Of a stretch of 64,000 nt of DNA, positions 36,745 through 47,541 are shown piece by piece. The stretch comes from an uncultured Flavobacteriaceae bacterium (lineage in GTDB: Bacteria > Bacteroidota > Bacteroidia > Flavobacteriales > Flavobacteriaceae), in contig CAJWAA010000008.1 in NCBI GenBank assembly GCA_913020295.1, positions 9,983 to 73,982 of the forward strand, given 5' to 3'. Position 1 is the first letter of the stretch, and every line of letters starts with the position of its first letter. The notes beneath the pieces were generated by a model. The model saw only the letters and a list, made by a program, of their open reading frames with translations, was not told the DNA's origin and ran no database searches. Position numbers and translations under genes: made by a program.

Positions 36745-39700
36745 TTAAATTTTTTTAATGGTTATTTGTGTTTTTATATTGTCAAATACAACCTCGGTTC
36801 CATCATTCATTTTCTCTGGAAAATCAATTTTTTCTCCAAGAGTTTCAGTTAGTATGTAAGTAATATTATTTTCAATTCTTTGTTTTAAATCAGTATTAGC
36901 TAAAAAACTGATTTCAATTTTATCGGTTACTTCCAGTCCGGCATCTTTTCGAATATTTTGAATGCGGTTGACCAACTCTCTCGCAATACCTTCATTTATT
37001 AAATCTTCATTCAGTGTAATATCTAAGGCCACCGTTAAACCATTACCATGAGCAACCAGCCAACCCTCAATATCTTTGGAATTAATCTCTACATCACTAA
37101 GTTCTAAAATAATATTTTTTTCATTAAGGTTAATGTTTATCTTTTGATCCTGCTCCAAGATTTTTATTTCTGCATCTCCAAATGCATTGATAATAGCAAC
37201 CACTTGTCCTACATCTTTTCCAAATCGGGGACCCAGTTCTTTAAAGTTGGGTTTGATTTCTTTAACCAAGATATTACTTTCGTCATCAATCAATTCAATA
37301 GATTTCACATTGACCTCAGAACACAACTGAGCTTGGATTTTTTCGATTTCGCTTTTTCCCTCGGGACCTTTTACTACAACCATCATAGTTTTCAGAGGCT
37401 GTCTGACTTTGATTTGTTCTTTCTTTCTCAGTGAAAGACCAAGAGAGGTAATGTTTCTAGCTATATTAATTCGATTTTCTAAGGCAATATCGATAGTATC
37501 AGGATTAACTAAAGGGAAGCTAGACAAATGAACTGATGCAGATTTTTGGTTGGCTGTATTTTCTGTCAAATCTTGATACAAACGGTCACTGTAAAAGGGG
37601 GCTACTGGGGCGATCAATTGGGTTAAGGTGAGCAAGCACTCCCAAAGGGTTTGGTAGGCTGCAATTTTATCTTTTTGATATTCACCTTTCCAAAAACGTC
37701 TTCGGCACAATCTTACATACCAGTTGCTTAATTTTTCCTGAACGAATTCCGATATGGCTCGGGTCGCTTTGGTAGGCTCATAATCTTGGTAAAAAGCATC
37801 AACTTTTTGAATTAAACTGTTCAATTCGGATAAAATCCAGCGGTCCAGTTCAGGACGTTCTTTAAGTGGAATGAAGTCTTCTTCATTTTTATAATTGTCT
37901 ATATTGGCATATAAGCTGAAGAAGGAATAGGTGTTATGAAGAGTACCAAAAAATTTACGCTGTACTTCGCCTATACCGTCCAAGTCGAATTTGAGATTGT
38001 CCCAGGGATTGGCATTGGAAATCATATACCAGCGAGTAGTATCTGCTCCGTATTGTTCAATTGTCTCGAACGGATCCACTGTATTGCCCAAGCGTTTGGA
38101 CATTTTCTGTCCGTTTTTGTCTAAAACCAGTCCGTTGGAAATTACATTTTTGTATGAGATAGAATCAAAAACTAGCGTGCTGATGGCATGAAGGGTATAG
38201 AACCAACCACGGGTTTGATCCACGCCCTCTGCTATATAGTCAGCCGGGAAAGCAATACCTTGATCAATCTTTTCTTTGTTTTCGAATGGATAGTGCCATT
38301 GGGCATAGGGCATGGAGCCAGAGTCAAACCAAACATCTATTAAGTCTTTTTCACGTTGCATGGGAGCCCCTAGCGTAGAGGTCAGTACAATCTCATCAAC
38401 GATGTGCTTGTGGAGGTCGATTTTATCATAGTTCGCTTCACTCATGTCACCCATTTTAAAACCTCCTAACGGATTTGCACTCATGTGACCGTTTTGAATG
38501 GATTTTTCGATTTCTTGATATAATTCTTCGACCGATCCAATTACTTTGGTTTCCTCTCCTTCCTCTGTTCTCCATACGGGAAGTGGAATACCCCAAAATC
38601 GAGATCTTGAGAGGTTCCAGTCGTTGGCGTTGGCCAACCAGTTGCCAAACCTTCCCTCCCCTGTGGATTTAGGTTTCCAGTTGATTTCTTGATTCAATGC
38701 TGTGAGTCTATCTTTTACTTCTGTGATTTTGATAAACCATGAGTCGAGTGGGTAGTAAAGAATGGGTTTGTCTGTTCTCCAGCAGTTGGGATAGGAGTGA
38801 ACATATTTTTCGACTTTAAATGCGGCATTCTCTTCTTTGAGACGGATGGCGATTTGAACATCACTTGATTTGTCCGGAGCCTTGCCTTCTTCGTAGTATT
38901 CCTTTTTCACATACTGTCCTGCTAAACTTCCCATTTCCGGCCTAAACTTTCCCTGTAGATCTACCAGTGGAACTTTGTTGTTGTTTTCGTCCAAAATCAA
39001 AAGTGGGGGAACTTCGGGAGTTGCTTCTTTGGCTACTTTCGCGTCATCGGCACCAAAAGTTGGAGAGGTATGGACAATTCCTGTACCATCTTCGGTGGTT
39101 ACAAAATCTCCCAAAATAACCCGATAAGCATTTTCGGGATGATCAATGGGTTCCGGTGCCTCTTGCCAAATTTTCTCATATCTGATATCAAGGAGGTCTT
39201 TACCTTTAATTTCTTTTTCAAGGAAGTATGGAATTTTTTTTGCTCCTTCAGTGTAGTCGCTTAATGAAGATAAAGATGTTACTGCTTTATATTTTCCAGA
39301 AAACTGTTTACTGACCAGGGCTTTGGCTAATATTACGCGAATGGGTTGAAAGGTATACTGGTTGAAAGTATGAACTACTACGTAGTCTATTTTTGGACCG
39401 ACGGTCAATGCGGTATTGGAAGGGAGTGTCCATGGCGTGGTGGTCCATGCCAATAAATAAAGTGGGTTGCTCCCTTTTAGTGAGTCAGGCAATGAATTTT
39501 TTATGGTTTTGAACTGAGCGGTTACAGTGGTGTCACTCACCTCTTGATAGGTACCGGGTTGGTTCAACTCGTGAGAACTCAGCCCTGTTCCTGCCTTTGG
39601 GGAGTATGGCTGAATGGTATATCCCTTATAAAGAAGTCCTTTTTCATGAATTTGTTTAATCAGCCACCATACGGTTTCCATGTATTTGGAGGTGTAGGTC

Positions 39701-40146
39701 ACATAGGGATCATCTATATCAACCCAATAGCCCATCTTACGGGTCAATTGGTTCCAAACATCGGTATATTTCATCACTGCTTCCTTGCATGCTCTATTGT
39801 ATTGCTCTATAGAAATAGACTTTCCAATGGCATCTTTGGTAATGCCCAATCCCTTTTCAACCCCCAGCTCCACCGGCAGCCCATGGGTATCCCAGCCTGC
39901 TTTTCGTTTTACCAGATAGCCTTTTTGGGTTTTGTAGCGGCAAAAAATGTCTTTGATGGTTCGTGCCATAACATGGTGAATTCCCGGCATTCCATTGGCG
40001 GATGGCGGGCCTTCGTAAAAAATATAAGGAGGACGACTTTCTCTTTCGTAAGTGCTTTTCTCAAAAATCCGGTGTTTCTCCCAGAAGTTGAGTATTTCTA
40101 AAGAAATTTTCGGTAAATCCAATCCTTTGTACTCTTTGAATACCAT
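36745..40146 (-). CDS. ileS: Isoleucine--tRNA ligase
   Basis: HIGH-type motif PSANGMPGIHH, KMSKRLGN (KMSKS) and a CP1 editing domain. The tracked start is 40158. M5 (MVFKEYKGLDL) resembles the usual N-terminus. Confidence 0.95.
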   Translation of the reverse strand: MVFKEYKGLDLPKISLEILNFWEKHRIFEKSTYERESRPPYIFYEGPPSANGMPGIHHVMARTIKDIFCRYKTQKGYLVKRKAGWDTHGLPVELGVEKGLGITKDAIGKSISIEQYNRACKEAVMKYTDVWNQLTRKMGYWVDIDDPYVTYTSKYMETVWWLIKQIHEKGLLYKGYTIQPYSPKAGTGLSSHELNQPGTYQEVSDTTVTAQFKTIKNSLPDSLKGSNPLYLLAWTTTPWTLPSNTALTVGPKIDYVVVHTFNQYTFQPIRVILAKALVSKQFSGKYKAVTSLSSLSDYTEGAKKIPYFLEKEIKGKDLLDIRYEKIWQEAPEPIDHPENAYRVILGDFVTTEDGTGIVHTSPTFGADDAKVAKEATPEVPPLLILDENNNKVPLVDLQGKFRPEMGSLAGQYVKKEYYEEGKAPDKSSDVQIAIRLKEENAAFKVEKYVHSYPNCWRTDKPILYYPLDSWFIKITEVKDRLTALNQEINWKPKSTGEGRFGNWLANANDWNLSRSRFWGIPLPVWRTEEGEETKVIGSVEELYQEIEKSIQNGHMSANPLGGFKMGDMSEANYDKIDLHKHIVDEIVLTSTLGAPMQREKDLIDVWFDSGSMPYAQWHYPFENKEKIDQGIAFPADYIAEGVDQTRGWFYTLHAISTLVFDSISYKNVISNGLVLDKNGQKMSKRLGNTVDPFETIEQYGADTTRWYMISNANPWDNLKFDLDGIGEVQRKFFGTLHNTYSFFSLYANIDNYKNEEDFIPLKERPELDRWILSELNSLIQKVDAFYQDYEPTKATRAISEFVQEKLSNWYVRLCRRRFWKGEYQKDKIAAYQTLWECLLTLTQLIAPVAPFYSDRLYQDLTENTANQKSASVHLSSFPLVNPDTIDIALENRINIARNITSLGLSLRKKEQIKVRQPLKTMMVVVKGPEGKSEIEKIQAQLCSEVNVKSIELIDDESNILVKEIKPNFKELGPRFGKDVGQVVAIINAFGDAEIKILEQDQKININLNEKNIILELSDVEINSKDIEGWLVAHGNGLTVALDITLNEDLINEGIARELVNRIQNIRKDAGLEVTDKIEISFLANTDLKQRIENNITYILTETLGEKIDFPEKMNDGTEVVFDNIKTQITIKKI

Positions 40147-40203
40147 GACAGGGTGCATTTATTAAAAATGCGAAATTAAGGATTTTAGGTAAAAAAAAGG
40201 AAT

Positions 40204-42699
40204 TTAGATTTTAACCTTCACTCCTAACTGCAAACTCCTCCCCTCAGCAGAGATACCCGAAGCAAAAGTTCTGTAGTGAAGATCAAAAATGTTTTTCAGC
40301 CCTACATTAAAAATGAAGGATTTTCTAAACCGAAATTGGGACAAAATAGACCATGTGTTCCATGAAGGCATGCCGAAATATTTATTGATCTCTCCAGTGG
40401 CATTAGAATTCACTAAAGGAGTTTCGTTCAGTCCATCTTCTCCGCCCCAACTGTAATCAGCGGGCAGTTTCTGGTCACTGAATTTCCAAATCAGAAAGGT
40501 TTTCCAGTTTTTAATTTCATGCGAGAGTGTAAAAGTTCCAAATAGAGGAGCTATAGAAGGCATGGGGCCATAATCAGCGTTTTGATCTGCGGTAGTATAG
40601 GTTATTCCACCCGAGATTTCGATCGGATCACTTAATACCCATTTTCCTTGGAGGGAACCCCCATAAATAAATCGGTTTCCCAGGTTTTTATTCGCTTGTG
40701 TAAACACTTCCTCTTCATTGTACAGAATAGTATCTTCATCAAGGGTACTGGTGTCAGAAAAAACAATAAAATCAGACCTTACGATGTGTCGAGAAACCAG
40801 TGTGGTAAAAGCTCTTAGGTCAATATAATTGATTTTATTAGAACTGGTATATTTAATTCCGGATTCTAATGTATAGGCATATTCGGGTTTTAAGAAAGAA
40901 TTGGGAACCAATAGAATACCGTTGTTCTCTCTTATTTTTCCTATGTCATCAATGTTGGGATTTCTAAATCCACTAGAAATCAAACTGTTGATTTGCCATT
41001 TTTCATCAGGTCTATAAGTCATGGCCAAAGTATAGGTTAAAGCATCAGATTGCAAGTCAACTGTGGTCAGGAGTTTGTCTATTTGAGCAGAGTCATTCCA
41101 CCGAGCAACGATCTTTGATCCAGTTAGTCTTAATCCCCCATTGATTGTCAAACGATCGTTTGCTTTGTAAATCCAATTTAAATAACCAGCAAAACTGTTG
41201 GCACTACTGCCATCACTGGGGTATCGGGATGGGATCATGGTTCGGTTGGTGTAACTGATGATATTCTCCAAATCGAGAACCAAATCAAGGGAGTATCCTT
41301 GGGATCGAATTTTGTTGTAAGTCCATTCAAGACCATAGGAAAAGGAATGTCCTTGGGCAATATTTCCATAAAAATCAGCATTAATACTGAAAACATCAAC
41401 CTTTTCAATCTGGTGGGAACGGGTAAGGCTTCCAAACTTTCGATTGACCCTCGACTCTTCTACATTTTGATAGGCAGCAGTTAGAGTTCCCTTTTTTAAC
41501 CAATTTTTACCCAAGAAAAATCTGAGTTGTGGGGAGAGAAATAACCTTTTTTGGGGTCCGTAATACCATTCGCTAAAGCGGAGATCTCCATTGCGTTCCT
41601 CTGTCAATTTATCGTATCGATCAATGTCAGATGATTCTGAATATTGAACATTGATCTTTAAAATCATCTCGCTGGGAAGGCGAACAAGGAATTTTTGGAA
41701 AATGTCGAATTGGTCGTAACCCGTATTCTTTTGAATGTTGGGATTGGAATTACTGACAGGAGTTTCATTGTATTTATCTCGACTGTTGAGGGAGAAGAAA
41801 GGGGTCAGTCCCCATTTTGAAAATCCGTGGGATCTATTCTCACCAATTCTGATGTCACCAAAATTAGAATAACTCACACTGGTAAAGCTCCCCCATTTTT
41901 TGTAGCTCAAAGAGGTATTCGTATTATTTATTAAAGACTGGTTGGCATAATTGAAAGTAGATGAAAACTCAGATTTTACTGGTGTTTTACTGTTAAGCTT
42001 AGGTGATTTGGTATAGTAGTGAATGACTCCACCCAGCGCATCGGAACCATAACCAACAGAGGAAGATCCAAAAGTGACCTCCACCCGATCTATGTTATGA
42101 GGGTCGATGGTAATGGCGTTTTGTAGGTGACCTGATCTGTATATAGCGTTGTTCATTCTAACTCCATCGACCACGATCAAAACCCGATTGGCTTCAAATC
42201 CCCTCAAAACAGGGCTTCCACCTCCACCTTGAGATTTTTGAACCCTAATATTGGGATTTATTTCCAAAAGGTCTGCCCCGGTTGCCACCACACCAATTTC
42301 AATTTCTTTTTGGGAGATAATTCCAACTTGTTCGGCAATTTTGTCTCGGGTGGCTTGGGATCGAGCCACAGAAAGGACCACTTCTTCCAAAATTTCATCT
42401 TCCGAGTTTAACGGGATTACTTTTTTACCTTGCAAAACTTCAAGAATTGAAATTGTTAAGGGCTGATACCCAAGCAGACTAAAGTTGATTTGTCCATCAC
42501 GAGGAAAATCATTGAGTTCGGCTTTACCTAAGTTATTGGTTAGCGCGTTATGATTGCCGTTTTCTGAGAAAATTACCACATTTTCTAGAGGCTCACCGGT
42601 TACCCAGTCTTCTACCCAAACTTCTTGACCACTAATACTGTAGTGGAAAGAAAAGGAAGTGATCAGCAAGAGAAAACAATTCTTAGCGAAAGATTTCAT
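40204..42699 (-). CDS. TonB-dependent receptor
   Basis: 831 aa with a signal peptide and a CarboxypepD_reg-like start. Plug motifs (SPVLRGFEANRVLIVVDGVRMNNAIYRSGH, GSDALGGVIH). The C-terminal barrel ends in ...VKVKI. Confidence 0.85.
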   Translation of the reverse strand: MKSFAKNCFLLLITSFSFHYSISGQEVWVEDWVTGEPLENVVIFSENGNHNALTNNLGKAELNDFPRDGQINFSLLGYQPLTISILEVLQGKKVIPLNSEDEILEEVVLSVARSQATRDKIAEQVGIISQKEIEIGVVATGADLLEINPNIRVQKSQGGGGSPVLRGFEANRVLIVVDGVRMNNAIYRSGHLQNAITIDPHNIDRVEVTFGSSSVGYGSDALGGVIHYYTKSPKLNSKTPVKSEFSSTFNYANQSLINNTNTSLSYKKWGSFTSVSYSNFGDIRIGENRSHGFSKWGLTPFFSLNSRDKYNETPVSNSNPNIQKNTGYDQFDIFQKFLVRLPSEMILKINVQYSESSDIDRYDKLTEERNGDLRFSEWYYGPQKRLFLSPQLRFFLGKNWLKKGTLTAAYQNVEESRVNRKFGSLTRSHQIEKVDVFSINADFYGNIAQGHSFSYGLEWTYNKIRSQGYSLDLVLDLENIISYTNRTMIPSRYPSDGSSANSFAGYLNWIYKANDRLTINGGLRLTGSKIVARWNDSAQIDKLLTTVDLQSDALTYTLAMTYRPDEKWQINSLISSGFRNPNIDDIGKIRENNGILLVPNSFLKPEYAYTLESGIKYTSSNKINYIDLRAFTTLVSRHIVRSDFIVFSDTSTLDEDTILYNEEEVFTQANKNLGNRFIYGGSLQGKWVLSDPIEISGGITYTTADQNADYGPMPSIAPLFGTFTLSHEIKNWKTFLIWKFSDQKLPADYSWGGEDGLNETPLVNSNATGEINKYFGMPSWNTWSILSQFRFRKSFIFNVGLKNIFDLHYRTFASGISAEGRSLQLGVKVKI

Positions 42700-43411
42700 G
42701 GAGTATTTCTACTGATTTTATTTTTCCAAAACCCTGTAAATGTAAATTAAAATAATCAATCAATACGCTCAACACTTTTACTCTCAGTGAATTGGGTATA
42801 TTTAAATCATTTAAAGCCTCAAAATTAGTGCCAAGTAATTTTTTAAATGCTATGACCAAGTCTCCTCCAATAACATATTTAGATGGAGATGAAATACAAA
42901 AACATCCACTTTCCAAATTAAAAAAATTCTCTTTTAAATCAGATTGATTGGGATAGAATCCTAGATGATGACTGAGATCCATCATAAACTTTAAATGAAA
43001 AAGAGGAGAAAACCCTTTTTCCTCTAAATAAATAATATTTTTTTGTATAAAACTGAAAAGCGTTGAATTAGGGGTGCCTTCCTCGGTAATAACTCGTGAT
43101 ATAACCTCAGACAAAAAGAGGGCTACGGTATTTTTTTTGATGTCTGATGGAATTTCAATCAATGGAAATTGGACTCTGGCCTCTTTGATAAAATGAAGCA
43201 CCTCATTGTTTTCGTTTTTCACATGTGTGATGATATTGATGATACTCAGGGGTTGAAAAAGTGACTTTTTTAGGGGACCCTTTTTGGAGGAGAGTATGCC
43301 TTTTAGCATAAAAGATTTTAATCCCAGTTCTTTGCAATAGCAACGGGCTATTAGGCTGGATTCACTGTATTTTAAAGTGCTAATAACAACGGCATCGGTT
43401 TCAATTAACAT
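42683..43411 (-). CDS. recO: DNA repair protein RecO
   Basis: 242 aa. OB-fold N-terminus (TDAVVISTLKYSESSLIARCY) and typical length and layout. Confidence 0.8.
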   Translation of the reverse strand: MLIETDAVVISTLKYSESSLIARCYCKELGLKSFMLKGILSSKKGPLKKSLFQPLSIINIITHVKNENNEVLHFIKEARVQFPLIEIPSDIKKNTVALFLSEVISRVITEEGTPNSTLFSFIQKNIIYLEEKGFSPLFHLKFMMDLSHHLGFYPNQSDLKENFFNLESGCFCISSPSKYVIGGDLVIAFKKLLGTNFEALNDLNIPNSLRVKVLSVLIDYFNLHLQGFGKIKSVEILHEIFR

Positions 43412-43425
43412 CTTCTTAAGCGGAA

Positions 43426-44766
43426 TTAGACCACCCCTTGAGCGAGCATGGCATCAGCTACTTTTACAAAACCTGCAATATTGGCTCCTTTAACATAATT
43501 TACGTACCCCTCTTCTTTACCGTAATACAAACAAGATTGATGAATTTCGGCCATGATGGATTGTAATTTGGCATCTACTTCCTCTCTGGACCAATTGTAC
43601 CTGAGTGAGTTTTGTGCCATTTCTAAACCTGAAACAGCAACACCACCTGCATTTGAGGCCTTACCGGGGGCATAAAGAATTTTGTGATTGGTGAATTGGT
43701 GTATGGCTTCCGGAGTAGAGGGCATATTGGCTCCCTCTCCAACACATACACAGCCATTTTTTATCAATAAATCAGCATCTTTTTCATTCAGTTCATTTTG
43801 GGTAGCACAAGGTAGAGCTACCTCGCAGGCAACTTCCCATGGGGTTTTTCCGGCAACGAATTTCGCCTTTGGATATTTTTTGATGTAGGAACTGATACGC
43901 TCCCTTTTTATGTTTTTGAGTGTCATTACATGTTTTAATTTTTCCTCGTCTATGCCCTCCGAGTCAAAAATATACCCGGAAGAATCTGACAAGGTCAATA
44001 CTATACCTCCTAATTGAATGGCTTTCTCGGCAGCGTACTGGGCTACATTTCCACTTCCCGAAATCACTACCTTTTTGCTCTTGAGGCCAGTTCCATTATT
44101 TTCCATCATTTTTTGAACAAAATAAACCACTCCATAACCTGTGGCCTCCGGTCTAATAAGCGAACCTCCCCAAGAAATACCTTTTCCTGTCAAAACCCCT
44201 GTAAACTCATTTTTCAATCGCTTGTATTGTCCGAACATATAGCCTATTTCTCTACTACCTACTCCGATATCTCCAGCAGGGATATCTCTGTTTGGGCCGA
44301 TGTGTCTAAACAATTCAGTCATAAAACTTTGGCAAAAACGCATTACTTCAGTGTCAGTTTTTCCTTTGGGATCAAAATCTGAACCTCCTTTTCCTCCACC
44401 CATAGGAAGGGTGGTCAAACTGTTTTTAAAGATCTGTTCAAAAGCCAAAAACTTTAAAACACTCAAGTTAACACTGGGATGAAAACGCAATCCTCCCTTA
44501 TAGGGACCAATGGCGGAATTCATTTCAATTCTGTAACCTCTGTTTACCTGAATTTCTTCTTTATCATCAATCCACGCTACACGAAAGGAGATCACGCGTT
44601 CGGGTTCAACCATACGCAAAAGAATATTTTGACCGTAGTAAACATTATTTTTTACGATATAAGGGATAACTGTCTCGGCTACTTCGGTTACTGCCTGCAT
44701 AAATTCAGGCTCATTTTGATTTCTCTCGTTTACTTCAGCCAGAAAATCCTTGATTATTTTGTCCAT
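43426..44766 (-). CDS. gdhA: NADP-specific glutamate dehydrogenase
   Basis: 446 aa. GDH signature LPMGGGKGGSDFDPKGK and dinucleotide fold GSGNVAQYAAEK. Confidence 0.95.
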   Translation of the reverse strand: MDKIIKDFLAEVNERNQNEPEFMQAVTEVAETVIPYIVKNNVYYGQNILLRMVEPERVISFRVAWIDDKEEIQVNRGYRIEMNSAIGPYKGGLRFHPSVNLSVLKFLAFEQIFKNSLTTLPMGGGKGGSDFDPKGKTDTEVMRFCQSFMTELFRHIGPNRDIPAGDIGVGSREIGYMFGQYKRLKNEFTGVLTGKGISWGGSLIRPEATGYGVVYFVQKMMENNGTGLKSKKVVISGSGNVAQYAAEKAIQLGGIVLTLSDSSGYIFDSEGIDEEKLKHVMTLKNIKRERISSYIKKYPKAKFVAGKTPWEVACEVALPCATQNELNEKDADLLIKNGCVCVGEGANMPSTPEAIHQFTNHKILYAPGKASNAGGVAVSGLEMAQNSLRYNWSREEVDAKLQSIMAEIHQSCLYYGKEEGYVNYVKGANIAGFVKVADAMLAQGVV

Positions 44767-44823
44767 GGGATTGATTTTTGATCAATTAAATTTACATTTT
44801 TATAGTGGGAATGAATTTAAATT

Positions 44824-46182
44824 TCAACCAAAAAGTAGTGATATTAAAGTTTCAACTTTAGAAACGGCAATCACTTTAATGAATTCATTTTGTTTGCTAA
44901 TTTTAGCAAATTTAGAGATAACAATGGTATCAAAACCTAGTTTTGATGCTTCTTGTATGCGTTGTTCGGTTTTAGGTACGGGCCTGATTTCGCCCGATAG
45001 CCCCACCTCTGCTGCAAAGCAAAAGTTTTCACAAACAGCCATATCATGATAACTGGATAATATTGCAACGATGACCGCTAGATCAATGGCAGGATCGGCA
45101 ATAGAAATGCCTCCAGTAATATTGATAAAAACATCTTTGGTACCTAGGGTAAAACCTGCTCTTTTTTCCAAAACAGCTAAAAGCATATTGAGCCTTTTGG
45201 TATTGTAGCCAGTAGTGGTTCTTTGAGGAGTACCATATACGGCAGTACTTACCAAAGCTTGAATTTCTATCATCAAGGGGCGAATACCTTCAATAGTTGC
45301 AGCGATGGCGTGTCCACTCAATTTTTCATCTTTCTCCGAAATCAAAAGTTCACTGGGGTTGCTAACTGCCCTTAAACCTTTAGATTGCATTTCATAAATT
45401 CCGACCTCGGATGTAGCACCAAAGCGATTTTTTTGGGTTCTCAAGATGCGGTAGATGTGATTTCGGTCACCCTCGAAATGTAATACGACATCGACCATAT
45501 GTTCCAATATCTTGGGGCCTGCAATTTGACCTTCTTTTGTAATATGTCCCACTAAAAAAACAGGCACATGAGTTTCCTTGGCAAATTTGATAAATTCTGC
45601 AGTACATTCTTTGATTTGTGACACACTCCCCGGACTACTGTCAATATAGTCGGTTTGCAGGGTTTGGACCGAATCAATAATTACCATCTCAGGAGTTAAT
45701 TTTTCTATTTGTGAAAAAATATTTTGGGTTTTTGTTTCACTGAGGACAAAACAATGATCTGAGGAGCTATTCATTCGGTCGGAACGGATTTTGATCTGTT
45801 GTTGGCTTTCTTCTCCGGACACATAAAGTATTTTACATTTGATGGTCATGGCAATTTGCAACAGCAAAGTTGACTTTCCAATACCAGGCTCGCCTCCTAA
45901 AAGCATTAAGGCTCCTGGAATGATCCCCCCTCCCAAGACTCGATTCAATTCGTTGTCTCCAGTATCGATTCTTGATTCTGAAGAAATTTCAATCTGATTG
46001 ATTTTAAGGGGTTTTGAGATGGTGTTGATCTTTTTTTCACTTTTCCAATCTTTTTTATCCGTTTTTTCCAACACCTCTTCTGTGAGGGTGTTCCATTTTT
46101 TGCATGACTTGCATTGGCCTTGCCATTGTGCGTGTTGCGTTCCACAGTTTTGACAAAAGAAAGAGGTTTTAACTTTACTCAT
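44824..46182 (-). CDS. radA: DNA repair protein RadA/Sms
   Basis: 452 aa. Zinc finger CQNCGTQHAQWQGQCKSCKKW, Walker A GGEPGIGKST, KNRFG motif and a Lon-like C-terminal domain. Confidence 0.95.
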   Translation of the reverse strand: MSKVKTSFFCQNCGTQHAQWQGQCKSCKKWNTLTEEVLEKTDKKDWKSEKKINTISKPLKINQIEISSESRIDTGDNELNRVLGGGIIPGALMLLGGEPGIGKSTLLLQIAMTIKCKILYVSGEESQQQIKIRSDRMNSSSDHCFVLSETKTQNIFSQIEKLTPEMVIIDSVQTLQTDYIDSSPGSVSQIKECTAEFIKFAKETHVPVFLVGHITKEGQIAGPKILEHMVDVVLHFEGDRNHIYRILRTQKNRFGATSEVGIYEMQSKGLRAVSNPSELLISEKDEKLSGHAIAATIEGIRPLMIEIQALVSTAVYGTPQRTTTGYNTKRLNMLLAVLEKRAGFTLGTKDVFINITGGISIADPAIDLAVIVAILSSYHDMAVCENFCFAAEVGLSGEIRPVPKTEQRIQEASKLGFDTIVISKFAKISKQNEFIKVIAVSKVETLISLLFG

Positions 46183-46206
46183 GTGGACAATATGAAAAAA
46201 TCAAAA

Positions 46207-47169
46207 TTATTTATGGCGATTAACCAAAGGTAAAGCAAAAAATGCCATGGCACCAAAAGTTACCACAATAAGCGTCTGGCATGTCCATATTATCCACCCA
46301 AAGGCCAAGCTGGATTCATTTGAAACACCATAAGCAACTAATACCAAGGAAACTGAATAGGGGTAAATACCGATACCTCCGTTGGTAGCAGAGATCGAAA
46401 GCCCCCCAATGACAAAAGCAGGAATCATTGCATTCATTCCTAGACTTGCTGTCTCAGTAATGGAAAATTTGACTATCCAAAACATCAAAATATACATCAT
46501 CCAAATAAATAGAGTGTGGGCCACAAAAAATTCCTTATTATTAATTTTTTTTAAGGAAATCATTCCCTCCCAAATACCCTGAAAAAATTTTTTTATTCGA
46601 TATGTAGAGGGGTGAGTCGATTGGAGGAAAAACACTCTAAAGATTATAAATCCTGAGGCTAAAATAAACAGACTAAGTCCAATTTGAAAAAAGTTTAGCT
46701 TTTCAAAATTGAGATTATTTACAATTAAATCATACTGAATTACCAATGCGAATAGGATGCAGACCATTAGTAAGATAAGATCTATCACCCGCTCCGCTAT
46801 AATAGTGCCAAACCCTTTCTGAAAAGGGATATTTTCATAACGACTCATAGTTGAGGCTCGAAGTAATTCCCCAGATCGGGGAATACCTAAATTTGATAAA
46901 TAACAGATTAATACGGCCAAAATAGAATTGATGGTTTTTGGATGATAACCTAGTGGTGCCAGGAGATATTTCCATCGTATCGCCCTAGAAATATAGCTTA
47001 ATATTCCAAAAAACGCAGAAAGGCATACGAAACGATAATCCGCATTTTTGATGTACCTATTGATGTTGAGGCGGTCTTCGGGAGTTGTGTTTTGGTAACT
47101 AAGATAAATAAAGAATACCCCTATGGCTAACGGAATCATTTTTTTTGAAAGTGAAAGGATTTTCTTCAA
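46207..47169 (-). CDS. UPF0104/lysylphosphatidylglycerol-synthase-TM-like (flippase-like) membrane protein
   Basis: 320 aa with about 8 TM segments. The RAIRWKYLLAPLGY pattern is typical of this family. Confidence 0.65.
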   Translation of the reverse strand: MKKILSLSKKMIPLAIGVFFIYLSYQNTTPEDRLNINRYIKNADYRFVCLSAFFGILSYISRAIRWKYLLAPLGYHPKTINSILAVLICYLSNLGIPRSGELLRASTMSRYENIPFQKGFGTIIAERVIDLILLMVCILFALVIQYDLIVNNLNFEKLNFFQIGLSLFILASGFIIFRVFFLQSTHPSTYRIKKFFQGIWEGMISLKKINNKEFFVAHTLFIWMMYILMFWIVKFSITETASLGMNAMIPAFVIGGLSISATNGGIGIYPYSVSLVLVAYGVSNESSLAFGWIIWTCQTLIVVTFGAMAFFALPLVNRHK

Positions 47170-47173
47170 TATT

Positions 47174-47524
47174 TTAATTTAGGCGGTTGGTTTTTTCGTT
47201 GGGAAAAATAATGGTGGGCTTAAAATTTTTGGCCTCTTCAAATTCCATTTGTGCATATCCAATAATAATTATGATGTCTCCTTTTTGGGCTTTCCTGGCT
47301 GCAGGTCCGTTAAGGGTCACCTCTCCACTGGATCTTTTACCCTCTATGATGTAGGTTTCTAGTCGTTCACCGTTATTAATATTTACTACTTGTACTTTTT
47401 CGCCTACTATAAAATTAGCAGCATCGATTAATTCTTTGTCTAAGGTTATACTACCAACGTAACTCAAGTCAGCATCGGTAACCTTAACCCTATGTATTTT
47501 CGATTTTATTACTTCTATCAACAT
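47174..47524 (-). CDS. panD: Aspartate 1-decarboxylase
   Basis: 116 aa. [29 protein letters not shown] contains the Gly-Ser self-processing site. Confidence 0.92.
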   Translation of the reverse strand: MLIEVIKSKIHRVKVTDADLSYVGSITLDKELIDAANFIVGEKVQVVNINNGERLETYIIEGKRSSGEVTLNGPAARKAQKGDIIIIIGYAQMEFEEAKNFKPTIIFPNEKTNRLN

Positions 47525-47541
47525 TCGCCAAATTTAGTGAT

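Noticed and set aside
39544-40101. 185-aa ORF on the plus strand inside ileS
   Set aside because: It is entirely antisense to a confidently identified essential gene. It has low-complexity, hydrophobic, odd composition and no recognisable motif. It is a typical shadow ORF of a long gene.
44014-44382. 122-aa plus-strand ORF antisense to gdhA (also 44300-44482, 44479-44781 and 44750-45049)
   Set aside because: These are shadow ORFs opposite strongly supported genes (gdhA, radA). They have no motifs or start context and overlap one another in different frames.
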